The notes: generated from the letters alone by a model not told the origin. Shown: positions 18,430 through 28,883, counted from the stretch's first letter. The stretch is 64,000 bases of DNA from Nitrospiraceae bacterium (GCA_050246315.1 JBFWWG010000017.1:1-64000), one strand, 5' to 3'. A program made the numbers and translations.

Positions 18430-18686
18430 CAACCACGCAGCACTTCTGGTCCGTGCCCGCGAATCCCGGCGATCCGGATCTGTGGGTCTGCCTGTCCTGC
18501 CTGAAGGAAGTCTATCGACAAAAAGTGCCTCGTCCGAATTGTCCATCCTGTCAAGGCGTCTCCACCTATGAGGCCTTCACGCTGCAGGCGATCCAGGATT
18601 GGGGGACAGACGAATTGATCGCCAAGGCGCAGGCTGCGGCCGATTCGGCCGACGCGCATCCGGTGCAAGCGGCCGACGCCGTCTAA
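18426..18686 (+). CDS. Small zinc-ribbon protein
   Basis: CLSC...CPSC; ATGA overlap with the upstream gene. Confidence 0.7.
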   Translation: MTTTQHFWSVPANPGDPDLWVCLSCLKEVYRQKVPRPNCPSCQGVSTYEAFTLQAIQDWGTDELIAKAQAAADSADAHPVQAADAV

Positions 18687-18720
18687 CCGATTGACCATTC
18701 CGCCAGCCGGAGCCTCAGAC

Positions 18721-20157
18721 ATGACTCAACCCCGCCCGCTGCTTATCGGGGGGAAGCAGCGCTCGACCTCCCTCCGAGATGTCATTCGCAACCCGTATAA
18801 CGGTGAGGTGATCGCCGAGGTCTGCTTGGCGGATGACGCGGCCGTGGAGGACGCGGTCCGTTCAGTCGAAAGGGCGTCGCAGGCGATGAAACAGCTCCCG
18901 GCCCATGCCCGCGCCGCTGCCTGTGCCACGATCGCAGAGGCGTTGCGACAACGGCAGGAAGATTTCGCGCAGGTGATGGTGGCCGAGGCCGGCAAACCCA
19001 TTGCAGACGCCCGGCGCGAGGTGTTGCGCGCCATTCAGACGTTCCTGGTTGCCAGTGAGGAGGCGAAACGGGTCGGGGGAGAAGTGATCCCACTGGACTG
19101 GACGCCAGGCATGGATCGATACCTCGGGTTGACCCGTCGCGTCCCCGTCGGTCCGGTACTCGGGATCACGCCCTTCAATTTTCCGCTCAATCTAGTCGCG
19201 CACAAGGTGGCGCCCGCGTTGGCGATAGGGACGGCCATCCTCATCAAACCGGCTCCGCAGACTCCCTTGACGGCGCTGCTGCTGGGCGAGGTGGCCTTGG
19301 AAGCAGGATTGCCTCCGGGTGCGTTGAGTGTCCTGCCCTGCGACAACGTGGTGGCGCAGCGGTTGGTCGAGGACGCCCGATTCAGCGTCTTGAGCTTCAC
19401 GGGCAGCGCTGCGGTTGGTTGGATGTTGAAGGGCAAGGCCGGGAAAAAGCGGGTGCTGTTGGAACTCGGCGGCAACGCCGGGGTCATTGTCGAGCCGGAT
19501 GCGGACCTGGACTTGGCCGCGCGGCGCTGCGCCACGGGCGGCTACGGCTATGCGGGACAAACCTGCATCTCGGTCCAGCGCATTCTGGTTCAGGAATCCG
19601 TGTCGGCGGTCTTTACCGAGAAACTGCTGGCGTTGGTTCGAGCTCTCAAGGCTGGCGATCCCCGCCGTGAAGAAACGGTCGTCGGTCCGGTGATCAACCA
19701 GGCTGCGGTCTCACGAATCGAACAGTGGATTCAGGAAGCGGTCCAGCACGGCGCGCGCCGGCTTCTCGGCGGGGGAAGGACCGGCAACGTCTTCGATCCG
19801 GTCGTGCTGGCCGATGTCGCGCCAGAGATGAAGGTCTCGTGCGAGGAAGTGTTCGGGCCTTTGGTGTCCGTGATTTCCTACCGGACCTTCGAGGATGCGC
19901 TCCGGATGCTCAACGACTCCCAATATGGGCTCCAAGCGGGCGTATTTACCCGCGATGTGAATCGAATTTTCCAGGCGTTTCGCGAGCTGGAGGTCGGAGC
20001 GGTGCTCGCCAACGAGATTCCGACGTTTCGGGCGGATCACATGCCCTACGGGGGCGTCAAGGATTCGGGACTCGGTCGGGAAGGCGTCCGCTACGCGATG
20101 GAGGAGTTGTCGGAACTGCGGCTGCTCGTTATCAATCAAGGTGAGACACGATCCTAA
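18721..20157 (+). CDS. Aldehyde dehydrogenase
   Basis: ITPFNFP, FTGS, LELGGN, GQTCIS, EEVFGP, PYGGVKDSG. Confidence 0.95.
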   Translation: MTQPRPLLIGGKQRSTSLRDVIRNPYNGEVIAEVCLADDAAVEDAVRSVERASQAMKQLPAHARAAACATIAEALRQRQEDFAQVMVAEAGKPIADARREVLRAIQTFLVASEEAKRVGGEVIPLDWTPGMDRYLGLTRRVPVGPVLGITPFNFPLNLVAHKVAPALAIGTAILIKPAPQTPLTALLLGEVALEAGLPPGALSVLPCDNVVAQRLVEDARFSVLSFTGSAAVGWMLKGKAGKKRVLLELGGNAGVIVEPDADLDLAARRCATGGYGYAGQTCISVQRILVQESVSAVFTEKLLALVRALKAGDPRREETVVGPVINQAAVSRIEQWIQEAVQHGARRLLGGGRTGNVFDPVVLADVAPEMKVSCEEVFGPLVSVISYRTFEDALRMLNDSQYGLQAGVFTRDVNRIFQAFRELEVGAVLANEIPTFRADHMPYGGVKDSGLGREGVRYAMEELSELRLLVINQGETRS

Positions 20158-20327
20158 TCGCATGCCGCCGCGATGATTCGCGACAGTTGCTGCGAACCAG
20201 TTGCGAAAGCACGATTAAGTTGGTACAACTGCGTCCCGCGTGCCGCTCACACGAGCAACCGCGTTCGCTCCTCATGTGAGCCTCAACCACGTCAGCGTGA
20301 TCGCCGAGGCCGGCGAGAAGGGGGATT

Positions 20328-20894
20328 ATGGTTCCGACACATCTGTTTCTCACACGCGGCGTGGGGGTGCATCGCGAAAAACTGGCGTCGTTCGAGCAAG
20401 CCTTGCGTTCTGCGGGTGTCGCCTATTGTAACTTGGTGAGCGTCTCCTCGATCCTGCCGCCCAATTGCAAGATCATCCCGCGCAAGCGCGGCGAGAAACT
20501 CCTAAATCCGGGGGAGATCACATTTTGTGTGATGGCGCGGTCGGAGACCAACGAACGGAACCGGCTCGTGTCCGCCTCCATCGGCTTGGCCATTCCGACG
20601 GATCGGCGCACCTATGGGTACCTGTCCGAACACCATGCCCACGGCGAAACCGACGAAGAAACCGGTGAGTATACCGAGGATTTGGCGGCGCAGATGTTGG
20701 CCACCACGCTCGGCGTCGAGTTCGACCCGAATTTGGCCTGGAAAGAACGCGAGCAGGTCTTCAAAATGGGCGGGAAGATCGTGCGGACGTTGAACATTAC
20801 CCAGTCGGCCATCGGTAAGGCCAATCGGTGGACGACTGTCGTGGCCTTGGCCGTGTTCATCCCGCCGGAGAATCTGCCGAAGCGGCGCCGATAA
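20328..20894 (+). CDS. pdaD: Pyruvoyl-dependent arginine decarboxylase
   Basis: [20 protein letters not shown] (Ser-Ser autocleavage site), GYLSEHH. Confidence 0.9.
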   Translation: MVPTHLFLTRGVGVHREKLASFEQALRSAGVAYCNLVSVSSILPPNCKIIPRKRGEKLLNPGEITFCVMARSETNERNRLVSASIGLAIPTDRRTYGYLSEHHAHGETDEETGEYTEDLAAQMLATTLGVEFDPNLAWKEREQVFKMGGKIVRTLNITQSAIGKANRWTTVVALAVFIPPENLPKRRR

Positions 20895-20962
20895 AGGCCC
20901 GCTGGATCGCCCGATCGGCCAAGGCAATCGAGCGCAGGCTCTGCCGTGACACTGACGGAACC

Positions 20963-21907
20963 ATGGCTCTCCCTTCAGGTTGGCTCTCGATCGAACAGAA
21001 CTTCTTGGGTTTGGACGAACCGTGGTGCCATCCGGACCAAGCGGGCGTCCACATCCTTCCGGCCCCCTATGAACATACGTCGAGCTATATCCAAGGCTCC
21101 GACCATGGGCCGACCGCCGTCATCGCCGCCTCCCAACAGGTGGAACTCTATGACGAGGTGCTACGGTGCGAGCCGTACCGTGAATGGAAGGGGGTGGCCA
21201 CTGCGGCACCGATCGACCTGGCGGGAAAAGTGGACAAGGACGCGGTGGAGGCCATCCAGGCTTTTGTCACCCCTTCGGTCGAAGCTGGGCGGTTTACCGT
21301 CACCCTGACGGGCGAGCATACCGGTGCCTTGGGCGCGATCCGTGCCCACGCACGGCGCCATCCCGATCTGTGCGTGGTGCAGATCGACGCGCATGGCGAT
21401 TTGCGCCAGGCTTATCAGGGCAATCCCTACAGCCACGCCAGCGTGATGGCGCGCGTGGTACAGGACAATCTACCGCTGGTTCAGGTGGGGGTGCGGTCTA
21501 TCTGTCCAGAGGAGATCGCGTTGATCGAGCGAACTCGGCGGATCACAACCTTCTTTGCCGCAAATATTCTAGATGCCTGCGGCCCCTATGAGGGCCGCGC
21601 CGCGCGATGGATTCCGGACGTTGTGAAGGCCTGCACCGGGCCGGTGTATCTGACGTTCGATTGCGATGGGCTGGATCCTTCCATTGTGCCGGCCTTGGGA
21701 ACGCCGGAACCGGGTGGGCTCGGCTGGTACGATACGTTGAATCTGGTCCGTGCTCTGGCTGACGGCCCAGGCATCATCGGACTGGATGTCAGCGAAATCG
21801 CCCCGATCGAAGGATTCGCCGCACCGCAGTTTTCGATCGCCCGGCTGATCTATCGCATGTTGGGGCTGATCCACGTGGGGCGTCGTCGATCAGCGAGCGT
21901 CGGATAA
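20963..21907 (+). CDS. speB: Agmatinase (ureohydrolase)
   Basis: GEHT, DAHGDL, SHAS, TFDCDGLDPS...GTPEPGG. Confidence 0.9.
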   Translation: MALPSGWLSIEQNFLGLDEPWCHPDQAGVHILPAPYEHTSSYIQGSDHGPTAVIAASQQVELYDEVLRCEPYREWKGVATAAPIDLAGKVDKDAVEAIQAFVTPSVEAGRFTVTLTGEHTGALGAIRAHARRHPDLCVVQIDAHGDLRQAYQGNPYSHASVMARVVQDNLPLVQVGVRSICPEEIALIERTRRITTFFAANILDACGPYEGRAARWIPDVVKACTGPVYLTFDCDGLDPSIVPALGTPEPGGLGWYDTLNLVRALADGPGIIGLDVSEIAPIEGFAAPQFSIARLIYRMLGLIHVGRRRSASVG

Positions 21908-21992
21908 GTCCACCTCCGCTCTACCGCGACCTCACGATCGTCCGCAATCGGGGCTGATAACACCGTCGAGATCCACGTCGAGGAATCCGGTC

Positions 21993-22775
21993 ATGGCCCC
22001 TGCATCATCCCGCCGCTCGGAGCCGGGCAGCATCCGCATCAATAAATTTTTTACGGAACAGGGGATCTGCTCTCGGCGGGATGCGGATCAACTGGTTGAA
22101 GAGAGGCGCGTCATGGTGAACGGCCGACGTGCCGTCTTGGGCGACGTGGTCACTCCCTGCGACCGGGTCGAGCTTGATGGCCGTCTGATTCCATGGGGAT
22201 CGCGCCGGGTCTACATCCGGTACCACAAGCCGGTCGGCATCACGACGACCAGCGAGCCGGACGTTCCCGGCAACATCATTGCCGCCATCAATCATTCCGA
22301 GCGCATTTTTCCCATTGGGCGATTGGACAAGGACTCTTCCGGACTGATACTGCTGACGAACGACGGGGACATCGTCAACGAGATCCTGCGGGTCGAGCAC
22401 AGCCATGAGCGCGAGTATGTGGTGCGCGTGGACCGTCCGTTCGACCGGGAATTCATAGAACGTATGGCGGCGGGCGTGCTCGTATTAGGCCGTCCAACGT
22501 TGCCCTGTCGAGTCCGGAGAGAAACGGCCGATCGATTCCGCATCGTCCTGATCGAAGGGCGCAACCGTCAGATCCGTCGTATGTGTCAGGCGCTCGGCTA
22601 TCGAGTGATAGCCCTTCAGCGCGTGCGCATTATGCACCTGACGTTGGACGGATTGCCCGTCGGGCGGTGGCGAGATTTGACGGCAACAGAGCGGGATGAA
22701 CTGTTTCGGGCGGTCGGGCGTGCTGCGGTTTCCACGGAGCCGAATCGACCGCCCGGGCCGTTGTTGAGTGGATAA
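21993..22775 (+). CDS. rRNA pseudouridine synthase, RsuA/RluB/RluF family
   Basis: S4 domain, GRLDKDSSGL, EGRNRQIRRM. Confidence 0.92.
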   Translation: MAPASSRRSEPGSIRINKFFTEQGICSRRDADQLVEERRVMVNGRRAVLGDVVTPCDRVELDGRLIPWGSRRVYIRYHKPVGITTTSEPDVPGNIIAAINHSERIFPIGRLDKDSSGLILLTNDGDIVNEILRVEHSHEREYVVRVDRPFDREFIERMAAGVLVLGRPTLPCRVRRETADRFRIVLIEGRNRQIRRMCQALGYRVIALQRVRIMHLTLDGLPVGRWRDLTATERDELFRAVGRAAVSTEPNRPPGPLLSG

Positions 22776-22786
22776 AGAGAAGGTTT

Positions 22787-23575
22787 CTACTCGGAGCCGG
22801 CGAGCTTGCTGTCCGCAGGAGCGAATGCCAATCCGGCGTCCGCAGTCATGCTCGAACGGCTCGATGACGATGCGGCCTGTCGCTTTCGAGCCGCGGCGCT
22901 CCGCATGGCAACCAGGAGATTCAGAACCGCCAGAAACGTGCTCCCGAAGAACAGCCATGCACTCGTGATGCGGATTGTCCTCGTCCCCTGATCTCGCATG
23001 TCTTTCGCCACATCCGCCACCGTTTCCAACAGACGATCTAGGGCGATGCTGACCTCAACGACCTTCGGCCCGGCGTTTTCCGCGGCGTGCACTTCGGCCT
23101 GCCGTCGAAACTGCACCGCCTGCGCCGAGGAGGGGGCGGTCCACTCCAAGAGCAAGAGGTCTGTGGTCTTCCCCGCGCTGTGGAAGTAATCATCCAGGCT
23201 GAGACGGACCGCCTGAAGATCCTCCGGCTCGCTCCGGCCGCTTCGGGAGACCCGAAGGCTGGCAGCGGCGTATCGATCGATCGAATGTTGGATTTGCGCG
23301 CGAAGCTCAGGCAGGCCCCCCGTAATCCGATCGAATTCTTTCTTGTTGTCGGCCTCCAGCGCTCGAACGACCGTAGATCGATAGCGCATCACGTCCGCCA
23401 TGACGTGGGCCAGGTCGGTGGCGCCCAAGGTGTATTCGGTGTACATCACGCGCAAGTCCTGATCGACCTTGCTCAACTCCTGTCCGCCCAACCAGCCCAG
23501 GCCGATGATCAGCAGGCTCAGCGCGAGCTGCGGAAAACCGATTTCGCGAAGACTGAGGCCTCTAAAGAATTTCAC
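22787..23575 (-). CDS. Stand-alone MCP four-helix-bundle sensor-domain membrane protein
   Basis: TM - helical periplasmic 4HB (LRVMYTEYTLGATDL) - TM - short tail; no cytoplasmic signalling domain. Confidence 0.7.
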   Translation of the reverse strand: MKFFRGLSLREIGFPQLALSLLIIGLGWLGGQELSKVDQDLRVMYTEYTLGATDLAHVMADVMRYRSTVVRALEADNKKEFDRITGGLPELRAQIQHSIDRYAAASLRVSRSGRSEPEDLQAVRLSLDDYFHSAGKTTDLLLLEWTAPSSAQAVQFRRQAEVHAAENAGPKVVEVSIALDRLLETVADVAKDMRDQGTRTIRITSAWLFFGSTFLAVLNLLVAMRSAAARKRQAASSSSRSSMTADAGLAFAPADSKLAGSE

Positions 23576-23588
23576 GGGGGCTCGCTCG

Positions 23589-25271
23589 TTACCCGATCTC
23601 GATGCGGCGGTCGATATAGGGTGTCAAAATCGGGTCGTTGGAGATGAAGACCACCGACCAGGGTTCCTCTTTGGAGCAGAGGCGGCGGAGAAGTGTTTCG
23701 CGCTGGATCGGGTGCATATTATGCAAAAGTCCGTCGAAGATCAGGATGTGCGGACGAGTGACGATCGCGCGCGCCACCAGCATCTTCTGAATGCGCGCGG
23801 GGGAAAAAACGGCTCCTTCGGCCCGCACATGGGTCTTGATGCCCTGCGGCAGAGCATCGATCTCTTCCTCAAGGTCTGTAAAGCGTAGGGCCCACCGTAG
23901 ATCGCTGTACGCGATCGAGGGCCGGCCCAATGAAATATTGTCCTCCACCGTGCCCTCGAACAGGGTGAGCCTGGAATCCAGCACCAAGCCGCGGTAGGTA
24001 TTGATGCTGTCCATGTCGAGGTGGCGGAGATCCACGCCGTTGTAGCGGACGACGCCCGAGGCGGGATGCTCGAGACCGGCCAGTACGCGCGCCAAGGTGG
24101 TCTTGGCCTGATTGGACATGGTCAGAATCCCGACCTTTTCACCCGGCGTGATTTCCAGCTCGAAGTGCTCGAATAGGGCTGCGCCGTGCTCCGGTTCGCC
24201 CAAGCCCACGTCCCGACAGGTCAAGCGGATTCCATGAATAGTCGGGTCCGGCAGGGGGACCGACATGACCGCTCGATGCTCATCCTTGGGGAGCGAAAAC
24301 ACAAAATCCAGCTCGGTTAGAGCCGTGAAGAAATAAAAGACGTGCCCCATCTTCTTCACGAGCGACTCAAAACTGAACAGCAGGCGGCCGACGATCACCT
24401 GTGCGGCCACCAACTGACCGAGTGTCAGTTGCCCAATCGAGAGCAGCCACCCGGCCGTGGCAATGATGCCGCCGTGGCCCAAGGCCTGCCAGACGACCGA
24501 GCCGAGATATTGCCGCATCAGCACCGCGAATCGCGTCCGTCTGGCTTCCATATAGCGATCGACCAGCTCATCCGTGCGGCGCAAAAGATAGGGTTTGGAG
24601 GTGGTTGCCTTAAAGTGCAGGAGGTTGTAGGCGATCTCCTGCAGCCAATGCATCGTGCTGTATTTCCAATGCGAGACCTCCAGCGTCGCCTTGAGTCCTC
24701 CCTGACTCAGAAGCACGAAGACCAGGGCGCCGCCGCCGAACAGCACGATGTTGAAGCCGAGGAAATAGGGGTGGTAGAAGACCAATAGGGTCATCCCAAC
24801 GATCCCGCCGATCACGACGTCGATGAAATCGATCAGCAGACCGGAAAGCGCGCGCTGCATGAACACGGCTTCCGTGAAGTAGTTGGCGTACCGCGGTCTG
24901 AACCCCGCAATTCGCACGTCGGGGAAATGGTGAGTCATCCCCAGCGCGACCCGTGCAAACAGGCGCCGTTGCAGAACCTCTTCCGCATAGACCTGGAAAG
25001 CTTTGAAGGCACCGACGAACAGAAGGCTGGCCAGAATGATGATCGAGAGCGTGACGATCGTAATGGGTTGGATGGCAAAGGCGAAGGTGTTGACCAGCTC
25101 CTGGACAGTCAACGGGACGATCAAGGAGAACAACCCGATCGCGAGCGCGTAGGAAAAAATGAGTCCGAGCACGCGGCGTTCAGCCCGGAACAACACTCCC
25201 AAGCGGGACATGATGTCGCGGATCGCAAGGGACGGGCGAGGCTGCTGGTTATGATCCTGTGCCGAATCCAT
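23589..25271 (-). CDS. T1SS-type ABC transporter permease with a degenerate ATPase domain
   Basis: 6-TM ABC membrane domain (LTLGQLVAA); NBD fold with altered Walker A, signature and Walker B. Confidence 0.85.
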   Translation of the reverse strand: MDSAQDHNQQPRPSLAIRDIMSRLGVLFRAERRVLGLIFSYALAIGLFSLIVPLTVQELVNTFAFAIQPITIVTLSIIILASLLFVGAFKAFQVYAEEVLQRRLFARVALGMTHHFPDVRIAGFRPRYANYFTEAVFMQRALSGLLIDFIDVVIGGIVGMTLLVFYHPYFLGFNIVLFGGGALVFVLLSQGGLKATLEVSHWKYSTMHWLQEIAYNLLHFKATTSKPYLLRRTDELVDRYMEARRTRFAVLMRQYLGSVVWQALGHGGIIATAGWLLSIGQLTLGQLVAAQVIVGRLLFSFESLVKKMGHVFYFFTALTELDFVFSLPKDEHRAVMSVPLPDPTIHGIRLTCRDVGLGEPEHGAALFEHFELEITPGEKVGILTMSNQAKTTLARVLAGLEHPASGVVRYNGVDLRHLDMDSINTYRGLVLDSRLTLFEGTVEDNISLGRPSIAYSDLRWALRFTDLEEEIDALPQGIKTHVRAEGAVFSPARIQKMLVARAIVTRPHILIFDGLLHNMHPIQRETLLRRLCSKEEPWSVVFISNDPILTPYIDRRIEIG

Positions 25272-25410
25272 CAGTCAGGTTCGCACTCTCCAGCAGAGAA
25301 CAAACCAGCGGAGAACAAGACCTGACCGCCAGTCTGGCCAGTGCCCAGACTGGCGGCCCAGGAGCTACCAACGCATTACCCTATCAAAGGAGGATCAAAA
25401 AAACTACTCC

Positions 25411-25525
25411 TCGCAGGCTGCTGAATCAGACCGCCAGCTTTTGGTTCTCGCGTCGTTCAGAGGCTCAACGTACGGAAAGACGTACGGCCTTCGCCTCTTC
25501 GCTCGCTGCGGCCGCGCTGGCGGTC
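25411..25525 (+). repeat. Dispersed MITE-like repeat (inverted homologue at 30796-30904)
   Basis: ...ccagctt..gttctcgc..gttcagaggctcaacgtacggaaa..gtacg..cttcgcctc.tcgctcgctgcgg shared with the reverse complement of 30796-30904. Confidence 0.7.
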
Positions 25526-25635
25526 CTATGGATCATCCTGTGCCGCGCGGTACCGTTGTCCGATGCCCGCTTCTGGTGACCTCAGGGGTAGAAAGCAGCT
25601 TTTCGCAACCTCCCACAGCCTGTGGCACGGCTCCC

Positions 25636-27120
25636 TTACCGGACCTGTCGGTAGCTGACCGGCACTGCGCCGGGTTCGCTCTTGGCCCAGGCGCCGATGG
25701 CCCATTGGTATAGAGCCAGGGCTTTCTGATAGTCGGCTTTGGACCGGATCAGTTGGATCTCCGAATCGACGCTGTTCCGCTCCCGCAAGTTGACGAAAAG
25801 AACGCTGGTCGCACCGAGACTGAACCGAAACCGCTCGCCCTCTTCGAGCGTTTTCGCCAACCGGAGCGAATCGGTGGCAGCCATGATCCGTTCCTTGGCC
25901 CGTTCGATAGCCGACAAGGCATTATCCACATCGACGATGACCTGTTGTTCCCGATACTTTTGAAGTAGTACCAGTCGGTCGGCTTTGCCCTGCGCTTCCA
26001 GGACCTCACCACGGCCCCTCCTCTGCAGAATGGGAACCCGCAGTTCCAGCCCAAATTTATACCCGAGGCCAAGGACGAACTTTTCCGGGCTACGCGCGGG
26101 GGTGGCGTCGGCATCCAGGCTGGGGAGGAGGTTGTTCTTGGCCAATTCGAGGTCGATGTTGTTGAGCTTGGCTTCGATCCCGATCTCGCGCACTTCGGGG
26201 CGATCTGCCTTGGCCTGCACCTTGTTGGCCTTGACCACCTCTGGGCCAGGCGTGGTCCGGTGGGCAGGGAATTCCGGAACCCGGTCGATGGTCGGCGTGA
26301 CCGGTTCATTCTTCTCCCAAAGGAACAAGGACATCTTGAACTGTTCCTGCTCCACCAGCCGTTGGGCAGCGATCGCTGATTCTCGGCGCCGCTGGACTTC
26401 CTGGTTGGCTTCGACCGCATCCAAGGGGGCGACCGCTCCGGACTTAGCCCGTTGCTCGATCTGCTTCATCCGATCTTCGGCGACCTTCTGCGCCCGTTGA
26501 GCTACATCGGCAAATTTGGCGGCAGCCACCCAGTCCCATAACTGGCTGGCCGCCGCCAGGAACAGCCCTTGACGAGTTTCGGCGATCTTCACTTCGGCCC
26601 GAGGATCGGCCAACTCGGATCGCTGGAGTTCGGCGGCATCCGGATTGATCATGAGCCCACGGAGCAAGGGGATGGAGGCCCCCACCAGTAACTGGCTGTT
26701 CTTCCCAAACAGTTCGAGATCCGGGATGATCGAAGTACCAATGGAATGGCGATAGCCGGCAATCCCCTTGATCCCCGAAGGATGCCGGAAGTCTAGGAAG
26801 GTGTCGTTGAAGCCTCCGGTCTGAGTCCCAAGATCCGGTTTCGAGCTGGAGATAAAGCGCTCGACCTCCGTATCGTTCACCAATGTTGGCTCAAAGGCTC
26901 CCAAGGCTTTGAGCAGACGGCCGCGCGCCACGATTTTCTCTGTGCCGGCGCTCTTCAGCAGAGGATGCGCGCGATCCACCCAGGCGAAGACTTCTTCCAG
27001 CGACAATGGAATCGGAGGCAGCGGTTTCGATTTCGGCTCCTCCGCAAAGGAGGGAGTCCCCGACAGCACAACGGTCCACAGCCAGATGGCCGTGCCCAAG
27101 AGTCGAGCGTGTGATCTCAT
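25636..27120 (-). CDS. TolC-family outer membrane efflux protein
   Basis: Signal peptide; two OEP helical repeats; ERFRFSLGATS. Confidence 0.9.
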   Translation of the reverse strand: MRSHARLLGTAIWLWTVVLSGTPSFAEEPKSKPLPPIPLSLEEVFAWVDRAHPLLKSAGTEKIVARGRLLKALGAFEPTLVNDTEVERFISSSKPDLGTQTGGFNDTFLDFRHPSGIKGIAGYRHSIGTSIIPDLELFGKNSQLLVGASIPLLRGLMINPDAAELQRSELADPRAEVKIAETRQGLFLAAASQLWDWVAAAKFADVAQRAQKVAEDRMKQIEQRAKSGAVAPLDAVEANQEVQRRRESAIAAQRLVEQEQFKMSLFLWEKNEPVTPTIDRVPEFPAHRTTPGPEVVKANKVQAKADRPEVREIGIEAKLNNIDLELAKNNLLPSLDADATPARSPEKFVLGLGYKFGLELRVPILQRRGRGEVLEAQGKADRLVLLQKYREQQVIVDVDNALSAIERAKERIMAATDSLRLAKTLEEGERFRFSLGATSVLFVNLRERNSVDSEIQLIRSKADYQKALALYQWAIGAWAKSEPGAVPVSYRQVR

Positions 27121-27234
27121 GATGCACTCCTTTCTGAGCGAACGCTCACCACAAAAAACGGCATGACAATAATCGAGAATGCGGACAGGATGCAGGCTGT
27201 CGTCCAGACGAACGTGAGCCGGTGGAGGGCCGGG

Positions 27235-28677
27235 TCACTTGGTGTTGGTGCCTGCTTTCGGAAGGAGCGTGTCGATCAAGGTGGGCGGCCGTTCCTGAAA
27301 ATCGGGGGGGAAGAGGTTAAATCGCCGCCACAATTCGTACCAGAGTGGGACACGATTCAGAATGACCCACCCCATCGTTTTGGTTCCCTGCCGTACGTGT
27401 GCCTGATCTGGCCATGGACGGTCCTCGGGGTCCGGCACGACCCAGAAACGGAAGTTTCCCTTCCCGTCGTCCACTTGATCGATCACCTTGATGATGCCGC
27501 CGTAGGTGCCGGCCATCACCTCAGGCCAGGCCGGCAGTGGAATCGCGGGAATGCCGTAAAATAACAGGCGGACCTTTCGACCGACGTTCAGGAGCGGCGC
27601 ATCGATCCCGTCGGCAACCATCTCGATCGCCTTGTCCATACTGGTAGGAGAAATTCTGACCAGTCTGTCGCCCTGTTTCACGGTTTCACCAGGCCCGACC
27701 TGTGTCATTCTGACAACGGTTCCGTCCACCGGGGCGTAGATGTGTCCGGCCAGGCGCCGCTGTGTGGCGTTTGACAGGCGCAGTTCGACGTCCGCCAACT
27801 CGTTGGCCGCCTTGGCCGCTTCGGCGTAGGATCCGTCTCTGGCCGCCTCAGCCTCCATGAGTCGCTGCAGCACTTCGGCGCTGACCTGTTCCTTGCCATA
27901 ACTCAACGCCATCATAGCCTGTTGTGCCGCCTTGAGTCCGGCTTGGGCCCCCTCGAGATCGGCCTTGGTGGCGATGGCCGCCTGGATGGTGAGCTCGAGC
28001 TCGCGCTGAGAGACCAACCCTTGCTCGGCCAACTGTTTATGGCGGTCGACGTTGAGTTCGGCCGTCGCCACGGCAATCTTGGCTGCCTCCACCTTCTGCA
28101 TCGCTTCGCGGACCTTGCTTTCCGCCTCCACCACGCGCGCGGTTGCGGAAGGAACGGCCGCCTTCACGAGCTTCTGCATCTCCTTGATGCGATGATCCAA
28201 CTGATCCGCGCGTTCCAGGGCGGCCTTGCGCGTTTGATCGAGAGCTGCTTTGCGTTCTTCAAGTCGGGCCAACAGATCGGGTGCCATGAAGTTCGGATCG
28301 TAGTCGTCGAGTTCGACAATCAAATCCCCATGTTTAACTCGCACACCTTCGTAGATGTGCCACTTTTTGATGCGTCCGGTGATCTGAGATTCGATCCATT
28401 GCGGCCGTTCGTAGGGAGAATAGGCCGATAGTTGGCCGGTGACTGTGATCGTTTGGGTCCAGGGCACGAAGGCGATGATGATCAGGAATGCGAGAAGCAG
28501 TTTGATGGCGAGGCGGGAGGAAAACCGCAGCCGATCCGGAATCTGAACGGCTTCCCAGGATTGGAGCTTGCTTGAGACGGCCAGATCATCCACGACCAGT
28601 TCGTCCAAACCGGTCGGTTGATCCACGAAGGATCGGATCTGCCCGCGGAGCCCTACTTTTTCAGGTTCCGTCGCCAT
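27235..28677 (-). CDS. HlyD-family membrane fusion protein
   Basis: TM followed by PWTQTITVTG, long coiled coil, IYAPVDGTV lipoyl half-motif; alternative start 28722. Confidence 0.9.
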   Translation of the reverse strand: MATEPEKVGLRGQIRSFVDQPTGLDELVVDDLAVSSKLQSWEAVQIPDRLRFSSRLAIKLLLAFLIIIAFVPWTQTITVTGQLSAYSPYERPQWIESQITGRIKKWHIYEGVRVKHGDLIVELDDYDPNFMAPDLLARLEERKAALDQTRKAALERADQLDHRIKEMQKLVKAAVPSATARVVEAESKVREAMQKVEAAKIAVATAELNVDRHKQLAEQGLVSQRELELTIQAAIATKADLEGAQAGLKAAQQAMMALSYGKEQVSAEVLQRLMEAEAARDGSYAEAAKAANELADVELRLSNATQRRLAGHIYAPVDGTVVRMTQVGPGETVKQGDRLVRISPTSMDKAIEMVADGIDAPLLNVGRKVRLLFYGIPAIPLPAWPEVMAGTYGGIIKVIDQVDDGKGNFRFWVVPDPEDRPWPDQAHVRQGTKTMGWVILNRVPLWYELWRRFNLFPPDFQERPPTLIDTLLPKAGTNTK

Positions 28678-28784
28678 CGGTGAGCGGGCGGGGCTTTTCA
28701 GCCTCCAGCCGCTCCTGATCATAAGCCAACCGGAGGGAAGGGGTCAATTTCGTGTGAGGAACCGTCCGGTTGGCCCGGTGGTTC

Positions 28785-28813
28785 TTGACGGGGTCCTGAC
28801 CTCACGCTAAGGT
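28785..28813 (+). promoter_or_regulatory. Putative sigma70 promoter of purEK
   Basis: TTGACG-N17-TAAGGT. Confidence 0.5.
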
Positions 28814-28883
28814 GTGCGCGTCTGCAGGAAGAGATGTGAAATTTTCGAGAACCGGGAAGACCAACGAAAAAAGGATCGGGACT

